Source of the DNA: Escherichia coli
GTDB taxonomy: Bacteria; Pseudomonadota; Gammaproteobacteria; Enterobacterales; Enterobacteriaceae
Length of the DNA stretch: 64,000 nt
Assembly (NCBI RefSeq): GCF_050920415.1
Contig: NZ_CP169309.1
Reading direction: 5' to 3' (one strand)
In this document: piece by piece, positions 21,904 to 32,387 of the stretch
Layout of the letters: each line of letters begins with the position of its first letter
How positions within the stretch are numbered: position 1 is the stretch's first letter
Notes under the pieces: model-generated
Seen by the model: the letters and a program-made list of their open reading frames with translations, nothing else
What the model was told of the DNA's origin: nothing
The model's database searches: none
Translations under genes and position numbers: made by a program

Positions 21904-23397
21904 TTAGCCCCAGGTCACTGCTTCTGGTTTATCACCTCTGGCTTTCATTAGAGAATCATTATCAATATCACTTTTATATTTTAAAAACTTACCATACATC
22001 TGTTTTTCAATATCTGGTTTTTTACCGATCAGATTAAGTGTTTCAAAACGATCAGATTTAAGATTATAGAGATATTTCGGTTTATTATTGCGATCGATAA
22101 TCATCTTCCAGTCACCATCACAGATCGCCCATTCATCGGTTGGATCATCCTGGAATGGCATATCAATCCCGAAAATTAATGGCTTTTCGCGTTTCAATGC
22201 TTTTTGCTCAAGAACAGGAACCAACGATTCGCCATCAAAAGTGCGGTCCGTCGGTAATTTGAAGTTCATCATTTTCGCCAGCGTAGGCATCCAGTCCAGA
22301 CCATAAACGGGAGTATCTGAAACCATTCCCTTTGGAAGATGCTTTCCGTATTTAATAATCGCCGGAACACGGATGCCGCCTTCCCAAAGATTATCCTTGC
22401 GACCACGTAATCCATCAGTTTCCCCTGCCAAATTCAGTTCATAAACTTTACGTGCTTCACGGGTTACTGGGCCGTTATCACTGGTAAAAATAACGATGGT
22501 GTTATCTTCTTCACCCATCGCTTTGATTTTATCCAGTACTTTTCCAACCTGAGCATCCAGATAACTGATGTTGGCATAATATTCCCCCACACCACGCCAG
22601 GGTTTATCCGCCCAGTCGCCATAAAATAAATCAGGATGCTGCTTCTGATACGCGCTCATATATTGTGAGTACATGTCGAGGTATTTTTTGGGCGAAGCCA
22701 GGGGGCTATGCACTTCGGTAAAAGCGACATAAAGGAAGAAAGGCTTACTATCCTTTTTGTTATCCAACCAGTTAACGACTTCCGAACTGACATACTCACC
22801 ACTCATTTTATCGGCACGAGGTGTGGGTTGCCCGTTACGCAACCAACCCGTCGGATACACCATGCCAAAACGGGGACGCTCCTTCGCATTATCCAGAGTA
22901 GCGTCGGTAACAAAACCCGCCGTATTAACCAGTGAGTAATCAAAGCCCATATCTTTTGCCTGAGGCTGATCGGTACGATCGCCGCCTGCATTCAGATGCA
23001 GCTTACCCATCATTGCCGTGTCGTACCCTTGCGCTTTGAGTAGATTAGCAATCGTGAGTTCATTACGCCCTAATGCCACATCTTTTCCCGTTGGTATCCA
23101 TGAACGTATGCCGGTACGAAATGGCATCCGCCCCGTTAATAACCCCGCTCGCGAAGGAGAACTTAAGGGAGCTGGGGCATAGTAGTCAGTAAATTTGACG
23201 CCCTCCTGGGCAAGCCTGTCAATATTGGGGGTTTTAACGATCTGATGACCATATGTTGCTAAATCGCCATAACCTAAATCATCCGCCATAATAATGACTA
23301 AATTAGGTTGTTTAACCTCTGCGGCTAAGGCAGGACTAAAAGCATTCCCTGTGCAAACTGCAAGGCCGATCAAACTGGCCATTAACGTTTTCTGCAT
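21904..23397 (-). CDS. periplasmic Ser-type sulfatase (arylsulfatase family)
   Basis: 497 aa with a signal peptide (MQKTLMASLIGLAVCTGNAFSPALA), the MADDLGYGD metal-binding start and the sulfatase signature SSPSRAGLLTGR carrying Ser in place of the modified Cys. Confidence 0.85.
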   Translation of the reverse strand: MQKTLMASLIGLAVCTGNAFSPALAAEVKQPNLVIIMADDLGYGDLATYGHQIVKTPNIDRLAQEGVKFTDYYAPAPLSSPSRAGLLTGRMPFRTGIRSWIPTGKDVALGRNELTIANLLKAQGYDTAMMGKLHLNAGGDRTDQPQAKDMGFDYSLVNTAGFVTDATLDNAKERPRFGMVYPTGWLRNGQPTPRADKMSGEYVSSEVVNWLDNKKDSKPFFLYVAFTEVHSPLASPKKYLDMYSQYMSAYQKQHPDLFYGDWADKPWRGVGEYYANISYLDAQVGKVLDKIKAMGEEDNTIVIFTSDNGPVTREARKVYELNLAGETDGLRGRKDNLWEGGIRVPAIIKYGKHLPKGMVSDTPVYGLDWMPTLAKMMNFKLPTDRTFDGESLVPVLEQKALKREKPLIFGIDMPFQDDPTDEWAICDGDWKMIIDRNNKPKYLYNLKSDRFETLNLIGKKPDIEKQMYGKFLKYKSDIDNDSLMKARGDKPEAVTWG

Positions 23398-23417
23398 AAT
23401 TATTCCCTGATAAAAAA

Positions 23418-24178
23418 TTAGAAATCATAACCAAGCATATAAATCATTTGATCGCCAAAGCCATCGTAGCCCAGCTTATTATCGAAATAACGCCACGTCA
23501 CACTGGCTTTCCAGCGAGGATAGAACTTCCAGGCAATAGTTAAACCGCCATTTAACCCGTTCCGACCAAATTGCTGCTCCGTGTAAGCATCGTTCCTATC
23601 CAGTTCTATTTCATTCCAGTTAGATAAAACAAATTTTTCGTCAAATAACATAAATGGCAATACTGCTGTCCAGCCAACAACATAACCATTCCAACCATTC
23701 GTTTGACCATATTTAGCTGATACGTAGTCACCAGATTGATTATGTAATCCAATATACGGTTTACCCCCCCCCATGAACCATTCCAGCCGAGGTAGCCCAA
23801 ACCATAAAACATATCAAGATCGTCACCCCATGAGTTATCCCATTGACCATAGATCTTGCCAAAGAAAGTCATATCAGAGTCAAAGAGTCTGACATGCGTC
23901 ATTGCTGAAACTGTATGATTTCTCCCTGCTACAGCATGATTGAGTACATTACTTTCATAAAATGAGTAAAATTCTGCTTCTTTAAAATTTACCCCAAAAT
24001 CCGCAGTCACTTTCCATACTTCACCACGGTGAGTGTTTACAAATCCACTATTCCAGTCTGCATAACCCGCATTTATTGAACCAAAGGTTCCTTTATATTC
24101 TAATGAAGAATATGCAGGAAAATGATAGATAGCTGTTATCAGGGTACACGCAATAAGAAGTCGTCTTTTGGCAGACAT
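23418..24178 (-). pseudogene. Tsx/OmpK-family-like outer-membrane beta-barrel protein, frame interrupted at a homopolymer tract
   Basis: N-terminal ORF (24178-23606, signal peptide MSAKRRLLIACTLITAIYHFPAYS) and C-terminal ORF (23774-23418, ending GYDF with aromatic-rich strands) are offset by one base exactly within a 9-nt C/G run; one extra G would fuse them as ...WNGSWGGGKPYIG... Confidence 0.6.
23764..23772. repeat. homopolymeric tract (C9 on plus, G9 on the coding strand) inside the Tsx-like gene
   Basis: Read directly: ttaCCCCCCCCCatgaacc. Confidence 0.9.
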
Positions 24179-24679
24179 ATAATATGTTCTCCATTCATTG
24201 TTTTTATGATTCCATAGGAATTAATACACCAGACAATTCATTTTTATTAAGAATGACCAAGCCAGTATATTTAAAGATGACTATCGAAGCGTGATGAAGA
24301 TCGCAGATTACTTTTGCGAACGGGCGGAGAGATATCGTGTTTCAGAAAATGTGTCTGTTTTAAATATCACCCTTTGATTTATAGGCATTTTTCATGATGA
24401 ACTTAGCATTGACTGCTGAACGTATTTCTTTGTCTCTCTATAGTATTACACTAACCTTTAATAATTAATTTCCTTTAGCTATTCACTTTTGATAGAGGAA
24501 AACACCTTTTTTTTGTGAATCCCTGGATATATTTAAGTTAAATAAATTGATGTATTGAAATATTATTCCGTAAAAATGCGAGGCGTCTTCAGAAAAAGAA
24601 TTGATAAAACAGAAGTGAATTAAAAGCGCTGTATAATAGCGGCGGGTGCTTGAGGCTATCTGTCTCAGGCATTAGCTGA

Positions 24680-24745
24680 ACGGCAGATAGAGAAAAGCCC
24701 CGAGTGATATTTTACCATCAACCCGAGGCCCCCTATATGCTGAAC
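24680..24745 (-). ncRNA. sokC: putative Sok-type antisense RNA of the hokC/mokC type I toxin locus (approximate)
   Basis: Inferred from the conserved hok/sok architecture, in which the antisense RNA is encoded opposite the mok start and leader; boundaries not determined from the sequence. Confidence 0.25.
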
Positions 24746-24946
24746 ACATGTAGAGTGCCTCTTACTGACCGTAAGGTCAAGGAGAAGAGAGCAATGAAGC
24801 AGCATAAGGCGATGATTGTCGCCCTGATCGTCATCTGTATCACCGCCGTAGTGGCGGCGCTGGTAACGAGAAAAGACCTCTGTGAGGTTCACATCCGAAC
24901 TGGCCAGACGGAGGTTGCTGTTTTCACGGCTTACGAATCCGAGTAA
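24737..24946 (+). CDS. mokC: mokC, overlapping reading frame that modulates hokC translation
   Basis: In-frame upstream extension (MLNTCRVPLTDRKVKEKRA...) of the hokC ORF, within ORF 24704-24946. Confidence 0.6.
   Translation: MLNTCRVPLTDRKVKEKRAMKQHKAMIVALIVICITAVVAALVTRKDLCEVHIRTGQTEVAVFTAYESE
24794..24946 (+). CDS. hokC: Hok-family type I toxin (small membrane peptide)
   Basis: 50-aa MKQHKAMIVALIVICITAVVAALVTRKDLCEVHIRTGQTEVAVFTAYESE, the canonical Hok sequence. Confidence 0.85.
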   Translation: MKQHKAMIVALIVICITAVVAALVTRKDLCEVHIRTGQTEVAVFTAYESE

Positions 24947-25049
24947 GAGCAACGGCGGGGAGTGATCCCCGCCACTTTACAGGTGCTCGCATATCTTCAA
25001 CGCACCCTATTTTTACCCAAGCCTGCCCACAGGCAGGCTTTTGGGGAGG

Positions 25050-26180
25050 TTAGCGAGTCAGGTCGTCAAAAAACTTCTTCACACCATCAAAGAAGCTCTT
25101 TGAGCGCGGACTGTTGTGCTCGCCGGTTGGGCCACCGAAGCTTTCTTGCAGCTCTTGCAGCAGCTGTTTCTGCTTCTCGTTCAGGCCTACCGGTGTTTCG
25201 ACGACAACGCGGCACAGCAAATCACCCTGTGCGCCGCCGCGGACAGACTTGACGCCTTTACCGCGCATACGGAACAGCTTACCGGTCTGGGTTTCGCCAG
25301 GCACTTTCAGTTTGACGCGGCCATCAAGGGTCGGTACTTCGATTTCGCCCCCCAGCGCCGCCATAGCGAAGTTGATCGGGACTTCGCAATACAGGTTGTT
25401 GCCTTCACGCTCGAAAATCGGGTGCTGTTTAACCTGAACCTGAACGTACAGATCGCCTGCCGGTGCGCCATGCTCGCCCGCTTCACCTTCGCCCGCAAGA
25501 CGGATGCGGTCTCCAGTGTCCACCCCTGCCGGAATTTTAACGGACAGCGTTTTGCTGCGCTCAACACGCCCATGACCATGACATTTGTTGCACGGATCTT
25601 TGATCAGCGTACCGCGGCCCTGACAGTGTGGACAGGTCTGCTGCACAGCAAAGAAGCCCTGGCGCATCTGCACCTGACCAGAGCCATGACAGGTCGGACA
25701 GGTCTGCGGCTGTGTACCTGGTTTTGCACCGCTACCGTGGCAAACGTCACACTCTTCCAGAGTCGGAATGCGGATCTCTTTGGTCACGCCACGTACAGCT
25801 TCTTCGAGGGTGAGCTCCATGTTATAGCGTAAATCAGCACCGCGCGCCGCACGTTGACGACCACGTCCGCCGCCAAAAATATCGCCGAAAACGTCACCAA
25901 AAATATCGCTGAAGTCTGCGCCGCCGCCAAAACCGCCGCCGCCCATGCCGCCTTGCTCAAACGCAGCATGACCATACTGATCGTATGCCGCACGTTTTTG
26001 CGAGTCGGTCAGAACTTCATAAGCTTCCTTGATCTCTTTAAATTTCGCCTCGGCCTCTTTGTCACCCTGGTTACGGTCCGGGTGGTATTTCATGGCCAGG
26101 CGTTTGTAGGCCTTTTTGATTTCACGCTCTTCCGCTGTTTTGGAAACGCCTAAAATCTCGTAATAATCTTGCTTAGCCAT
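25050..26180 (-). CDS. dnaJ: chaperone DnaJ (Hsp40)
   Basis: ORF trimmed to [12 protein letters not shown] (J domain), then a Gly/Phe-rich region and four CxxCxGxG zinc-finger repeats; 376 aa. Confidence 0.96.
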
Positions 26181-26268
26181 CTTTTTTGATTTGCCCCTAG
26201 ATGAATGCACGGGCGGAGAGGAAATTCCCCTTCGCCCGTGTCAGTATAATTACCCGTTTATAGGGCGA

Positions 26269-28185
26269 TTATTTTTTGTCTTTGACTTCTTCAAATTCAG
26301 CGTCGACAACATCGTCATCTTTCGCGTTGTTTGCAGAAGCATCAGCACCGGCAGTCTGCTGCTGGGCATGTTGCTGCTGGGCGATTTCCATCAGTTTCTG
26401 GGAAACCTGTGCCAGTTCCTGCATTTTCGCTTCGATAGCGGCTTTGTCTTCACCTTTCAGAGCAGTTTCCAGTGCAGTCAGCGCAGACTCGATAGCAGTT
26501 TTGTCGTCAGCTGGCAGTTTATCGCCTGCTTCTTCAACCTGCTTACGGGTGCTGTGCAGCAGATGGTCGCCCTGGTTGCGAGTCTGTACCAGCTCTTCAA
26601 ACTTACGGTCAGCTTCGGCGTTCGCTTCTGCGTCGCGTACCATTTTCTGGATTTCATCTTCGTTCAGACCAGAAGAAGCCTTGATGGTGATCTTCTGCTC
26701 TTTACCGCTGTTTTTATCTTTCGCGGAAACGTGCAGGATACCGTCAGCATCGATATCGAAGGTAACTTCGATCTGCGGCATACCGCGCGGTGCCGGGTTG
26801 ATGCCATCCAGGTTGAACTGACCCAGAGATTTGTTATCAGCCGCACGTTTACGTTCACCCTGCAGCACATGGATGGTTACCGCAGACTGGTTGTCTTCAG
26901 CGGTAGAGAACACCTGGCTGTGCTTGGTCGGGATAGTGGTGTTTTTCGCGATCAGCGTCGTCATCACACCGCCCATGGTTTCGATACCCAGAGACAGCGG
27001 GGTAACGTCCAGCAGCAGTACGTCTTTTACGTCACCAGTCAGAACACCACCCTGAACAGCAGCACCGATGGCTACAGCTTCGTCCGGGTTAACGTCTTTA
27101 CGCGGCTCTTTACCAAAGAATTCAGCAACTTTCTTCTGAACCATTGGCATACGAGTCTGACCACCAACGAGGATAACGTCGTCGATATCAGATACGGACA
27201 GGCCAGCGTCCTGCAGTGCAACTTTCAGCGGCTCAATGGAACGGTTTACCAGATCTTCAACCAGGCTTTCCAGTTTCGCACGAGTCACTTTGATGTTCAT
27301 GTGTTTCGGACCGGTCGCGTCTGCAGTGATGTACGGCAGGTTAACGTCGGTCTGCTGAGCGGAAGACAGCTCGATTTTCGCTTTTTCTGCCGCTTCTTTC
27401 AGGCGCTGCATTGCCAGCGGATCGTTGCGCAGGTCAATGCCCTGATCTTTCTTGAATTCTTCAACCAGATAGTTAATCAGACGGCTGTCGAAGTCTTCAC
27501 CACCCAGGTGGGTATCACCGTTGGTTGCCAGAACTTCGAAGGTTTTTTCGCCGTCAACTTCGTCGATTTCGATAATGGAAATATCGAAAGTACCACCACC
27601 CAGGTCATAAACCGCGATAGTACGGTTGCCAGTACCTTTGTCCAGACCATAAGCCAGCGCAGCTGCGGTCGGTTCGTTGATGATACGTTTTACTTCCAGA
27701 CCAGCGATACGGCCTGCGTCTTTGGTTGCCTGACGCTGAGCATCGTTAAAGTATGCCGGTACGGTAATAACAGCTTCAGTTACCGGTTCGCCCAGGTAAT
27801 CTTCCGCGGTTTTCTTCATTTTTTTCAGCACTTCAGCAGAGATCTGCGGCGGTGCCATTTTCTGGCCTTTAACTTCGACCCATGCGTCGCCGTTATCAGC
27901 AGCAATAATTTTGAATGGCATGATGGAAACATCACGCTGTACTTCTTCGTCCTGGAAGCGGCGGCCAATCAGGCGTTTAATCGCAAACAGGGTGTTTTGC
28001 GGGTTTGTCACTGCCTGACGTTTAGCCGGCTGACCAACCAGAGTTTCACCATCCTGGGTATAGGCAATGATAGAAGGCGTGGTGCGATCGCCTTCGGCGT
28101 TCTCCAGCACTCGCGGAGTGGTGCCATCCATAATCGCTACACAAGAGTTGGTAGTACCCAGGTCGATACCAATTATTTTACCCAT
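26269..28185 (-). CDS. dnaK: chaperone DnaK (Hsp70)
   Basis: 638-aa [24 protein letters not shown]... with Hsp70 signatures. Confidence 0.97.
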
Positions 28186-28298
28186 CTAAACGTCTCCACT
28201 ATATATTCGGTCATCATGTGGTTGTGAGTCTGTAATAGGGGCGAAACGTCTGGTTTCAACTGCCCAATTTCATTTTTTTGCAGACTCACTCACTGCGG

Positions 28299-28337
28299 TT
28301 GACTACTAAATGGGGTCGTAACCCACGTCATCAAGGG
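28299..28337 (-). promoter_or_regulatory. sigma-32 heat-shock promoter of dnaK (P1-like)
   Basis: Minus-strand cccTTGAtgacgtgggttacgaCCCCATtTA, matching the sigma-32 -35 and -10 consensus, about 110 nt upstream of dnaK. Confidence 0.55.
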
Positions 28338-28560
28338 GGAGATGCAAAAATTTTTTGTGCTTTTGCGCAGAAATTTCGCGATATGCCAGAACAAGACACG
28401 AAACTGACAGCAATTTTATTCATATAAAGAATGAATGGCAGCCAAGACATTCATAGAAAAATTGTAATAAAAAGAAAATATTACGTACCTGAATCTTCTC
28501 TTTATCAGCAGTAAACTAGTGGGTATTCATCCCCTACCTCTCCCCACTAAGAGAATACTT

Positions 28561-28965
28561 ATGAAATCCGTTTTTACGCTTTCCGCCAGCCTGGCGATTA
28601 GCCTGCTGCTGTGCTGCACGGCGCAGGCAAACAACCATAAAATCCTCGGCGTCATTGCGATGCCGCGTAACGAAACCAACGATCTGGCGCTGAAACTTCC
28701 TGTTTGTCGCATTGTTAAACGCATTCAACTCACTGCCGACCATGGCGATTTACAGTTAAGTGGTGCATCGGTTTATTTCAAAGCCGCCCGTAGCGCCAGT
28801 CAGAGCCTGAATATTCCTTCAGAAATAAAAGAAGGGCAAACCACTGACTGGATCAACATTAACAGCGATAACGACAATAAACGCTGCGTCTCAAAAATCA
28901 CCTTTTCCGGCCATACGGTGAACTCATCGGATATGGCCACGCTGAAAATTATCGGCGACGACTAA
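28561..28965 (+). CDS. yaaI: small secreted protein of unknown function (DUF2541)
   Basis: ORF trimmed to [23 protein letters not shown] (signal peptide), 134 aa; conserved position beside dnaK. Confidence 0.8.
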   Translation: MKSVFTLSASLAISLLLCCTAQANNHKILGVIAMPRNETNDLALKLPVCRIVKRIQLTADHGDLQLSGASVYFKAARSASQSLNIPSEIKEGQTTDWININSDNDNKRCVSKITFSGHTVNSSDMATLKIIGDD

Positions 28966-28990
28966 CGCCAGAATATAGAAGCCACAAAAA

Positions 28991-29704
28991 ATGAATGTTA
29001 ATTACCTGAATGATTCAGATCTGGATTTTCTCCAGCATTGTAGTGAGGAACAATTGGCAAATTTCGCCCGGCTGCTCACCCATAATGAAAAAGGCAAAAC
29101 TCGCCTCTCCAGCGTACTGATGCGCAACGAACTGTTTAAATCGATGGAAGGACATCCCGAGCAACATCGCCGCAACTGGCAGCTGATTGCCGGAGAATTA
29201 CAGCATTTTGGTGGCGATAGTATCGCCAACAAACTGCGTGGACACGGTAAATTGTATCGGGCCATTTTGCTCGATGTTTCAAAACGATTGAAGCTGAAAG
29301 CCGACAAAGAGATGTCTACGTTTGAAATTGAGCAACAGTTACTGGAACAATTTCTGCGTAATACCTGGAAGAAAATGGACGAGGAACATAAGCAGGAGTT
29401 TCTGCACGCGGTCGATGCCAGGGTGAATGAGCTGGAAGAGCTGCTGCCGCTGCTGATGAAAGACAAATTATTGGCAAAAGGCGTGTCGCATTTGCTTTCC
29501 AGCCAATTGACCCGCATTTTACGCACCCACGCAGCAATGAGCGTACTTGGGCATGGTTTGCTGCGCGGCGCGGGGCTGGGAGGCCCTGTAGGCGCGGCAC
29601 TAAATGGGGTTAAAGCGGTCAGCGGCAGCGCCTATCGCGTGACGATTCCAGCCGTACTGCAAATCGCCTGCCTGCGCCGGATGGTTAGTGCCACTCAGGT
29701 CTGA
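28991..29704 (+). CDS. yaaW: UPF0174 family protein
   Basis: 237-aa ORF at the conserved position between yaaI and satP. Confidence 0.8.
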   Translation: MNVNYLNDSDLDFLQHCSEEQLANFARLLTHNEKGKTRLSSVLMRNELFKSMEGHPEQHRRNWQLIAGELQHFGGDSIANKLRGHGKLYRAILLDVSKRLKLKADKEMSTFEIEQQLLEQFLRNTWKKMDEEHKQEFLHAVDARVNELEELLPLLMKDKLLAKGVSHLLSSQLTRILRTHAAMSVLGHGLLRGAGLGGPVGAALNGVKAVSGSAYRVTIPAVLQIACLRRMVSATQV

Positions 29705-29852
29705 TACCGGAAACCGGGGAAAATTTTCATTTTCCCTTCAAAAGATCGTAGACACTGCCCCACTGGCTGATTATTATGCCGCGCCCTGAAAACACTACAG
29801 TTATTCAGGGAAATTATTTCACCATTCATTCGATGATGATTTTTGAGGAATT

Positions 29853-30419
29853 ATGGGCAACACTAAGTTGGCTAATCCGGCACCGCTGGGCCTGATGGGC
29901 TTCGGCATGACCACCATTCTGCTTAACCTGCACAACGTGGGTTATTTCGCTCTTGACGGTATTATTCTTGCAATGGGCATTTTCTACGGCGGCATCGCGC
30001 AAATTTTTGCTGGTCTGCTGGAGTACAAAAAAGGCAACACTTTCGGTTTAACCGCATTCACCTCTTACGGTTCTTTCTGGCTGACGCTGGTTGCGATTCT
30101 GCTGATGCCGAAACTGGGTCTGACCGATGCGCCAAATGCACAGTTCCTTGGTGTCTACCTTGGTCTGTGGGGCGTATTTACGCTGTTTATGTTCTTCGGC
30201 ACGCTGAAAGGCGCACGCGTTCTGCAATTCGTTTTCTTTAGCCTGACCGTGCTGTTTGCCCTGCTGGCGATCGGTAACATTGTCGGTAATGCCGCGATCA
30301 TCCACTTTGCCGGCTGGATTGGTCTGATCTGCGGTGCCAGCGCAATCTATCTGGCGATGGGTGAAGTACTGAACGAGCAGTTTGGTCGCACCGTTCTGCC
30401 GATTGGTGAATCCCACTAA
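29853..30419 (+). CDS. satP: succinate-acetate/proton symporter
   Basis: 188-aa six-helix membrane ORF MGNTKLANPAPLGLMGFGMTTILLNLHN... Confidence 0.92.
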   Translation: MGNTKLANPAPLGLMGFGMTTILLNLHNVGYFALDGIILAMGIFYGGIAQIFAGLLEYKKGNTFGLTAFTSYGSFWLTLVAILLMPKLGLTDAPNAQFLGVYLGLWGVFTLFMFFGTLKGARVLQFVFFSLTVLFALLAIGNIVGNAAIIHFAGWIGLICGASAIYLAMGEVLNEQFGRTVLPIGESH

Positions 30420-30429
30420 TTGTTTTGAG

Positions 30430-30456
30430 ATCCCCCCGCATGGGGGGATTTTTTTA
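30430..30456 (+). terminator. rho-independent terminator after satP
   Basis: Hairpin tccccccgcatgggggga followed by a T7 run. Confidence 0.7.
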
Positions 30457-31041
30457 TTCGCTAACTTCGCGTCTTGCACTCTTCGGTCTGAATGCTGCAA
30501 CCACTTCCGGTGCCGTTTCAACGTATGGCCCTTCCAGCAACTGAATGCAGTACGGTACGCTGGCAAAAATACCGTGCACCACAACGTTACCCTCAGCGTC
30601 CTTCACACCTTCCAGCGTCTCTTTAATAGACTTCGGCTGACCGGGTAAGTTAAGGATTAGTGCTTGTTTGCGAATCACGCCCACCTGGCGCGAAAGGATC
30701 GCGGTTGGAACAAAATGCAGGCTAATTTGGCGCATCTGTTCACCAAAGCCTGGCATCTCGCGGTCCGCTACTGCCAGCGTCGCATCGGGCGTGACGTCAC
30801 GACGCGCCGGGCCAGTTCCGCCCGTGGTGAGCACCAGATGGCAACTCATTTCATCCACCAGCTCACACAACGTTTGCTCGATGATCGCCTGCTCGTCGGG
30901 GATTAAGCGGGTTTCCAGTTCAAACGGCGTGGTTAGCGCCGATGTCAGCCATTCTTCCAGCGCAGGGATGCCTTTATCCTGATAAACGCCGCTGGATGCG
31001 CGATCAGAGATGGAAACTAAGCCAATACGTAAAGTATTCAT
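30454..31041 (-). CDS. mog: molybdopterin adenylyltransferase
   Basis: ORF trimmed to MNTLRIGLVSISDRASSGVY... (MoaB/MogA fold), about 195 aa. Confidence 0.9.
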   Translation of the reverse strand: MNTLRIGLVSISDRASSGVYQDKGIPALEEWLTSALTTPFELETRLIPDEQAIIEQTLCELVDEMSCHLVLTTGGTGPARRDVTPDATLAVADREMPGFGEQMRQISLHFVPTAILSRQVGVIRKQALILNLPGQPKSIKETLEGVKDAEGNVVVHGIFASVPYCIQLLEGPYVETAPEVVAAFRPKSARREVSE

Positions 31042-31155
31042 CAAGATTTTTCCGTTTAAACAGTCTCGTTAAACAGAATGATACACTGCGAAGGGAGTGA
31101 CAGACAGGCTTCAGAAGAGGTAGCGTGACCGACTTCCCGGTCACGCTAAGAATGA

Positions 31156-32109
31156 TTACAGCAGATCGCCGATCATTTTTTCCAGTTTTTCCTGGTCAAC
31201 AGCAAACTTACGGATACCTTCTGCCAGTTTATCTACTGCCATTGGATCCTGGTTGTGCTGCCACAGGAACTCGGACTCAGTGATACGCGCCGGACGCGCT
31301 TTCACTTCGCCGGTGTAAGACAGTTTACGTTCGATAGCCCCTTCGCTCTCAGCCAGCTCTTTCAGCAGTGCCGGTGCGATGGTCAGACGGTCGCAGCCTG
31401 CCAGTTCCAGAATTTCGCCGATGTTACGGAAGCTTGCGCCCATCACCACGGTTTCATAACCGTGCTCTTTGTAGTACTGGTAGATTTCAGATACAGAAAC
31501 CACGCCCGGATCTTCTGCCGGAGCGTACTCTTTCTTATCAGTATTCGCTTTGTACCAGTCAAGAATACGGCCAACAAACGGCGAGATCAGGAACACGCCT
31601 GCTTCCGCACAAGCACGAGCCTGAGCGAAGGAGAACAGCAGGGTCAGGTTACAGTTGATACCTTCTTTTTCCAGCTGTTCTGCAGCACGGATACCCTGCC
31701 AGGTAGAAGCCAGTTTGATCAGAATACGATCGTTGCTAATACCTGCATCGTTGTAGAGTTTGATCAGGCGTTTTGCTTTCGCAATTGACGCTTCGGTGTC
31801 ATAGGAAAGACGCGCATCAACTTCAGTTGAGATACGGCCCGGAACCAGTTTCAGGATTTCCAGACCAATATTTACTGCCAGTTTGTCAGTCGCGTCCACG
31901 ATCTGCTGCGCGCGATCGTTGCTCTGCTGTTTCGCCCAGGCGACAGCATCATCAATCAACTTACGATATTCCGGAATCTGCGCTGCGTTAAGAATGAGAG
32001 AAGGGTTAGTTGTGGCATCCTGCGGTTGATACAGCTTCATTGCCGCGATGTCCCCAGTGTCGGCCACTACGGTGGTGTACTGACGAAGGGAGGTCAATTT
32101 GTCCGTCAT
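31156..32109 (-). CDS. talB: transaldolase B
   Basis: ORF trimmed to [27 protein letters not shown]..., 317 aa. Confidence 0.95.
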
Positions 32110-32387
32110 GATAGTATTTCTCTTTAAACAGCTTGTTAGGGGGATGTAACCGGTCTGCCCTGATGATATCACGACGCAACGTCAGCGCAACCGCCGACAA
32201 GACGGTTATCGCCTGGCGAGACTGTTTCGGATTTCTGACACTGCGTTGATATCGCCCGCCATTTTTATACAAAACCTCATGTATGCTACGCAGAAGTTAT
32301 CAACTACCTCGTAGCGTATATACTTCTTAAACAATTGGTAACGTTTACACAGGAAAGTCATCGCGACCGGCAATAAGAGGGATATGC

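Noticed and set aside
26191-28227. 678-aa plus-strand ORF
   Set aside because: Antisense to dnaK, which is unambiguous on the minus strand; the product has low complexity and no motifs.
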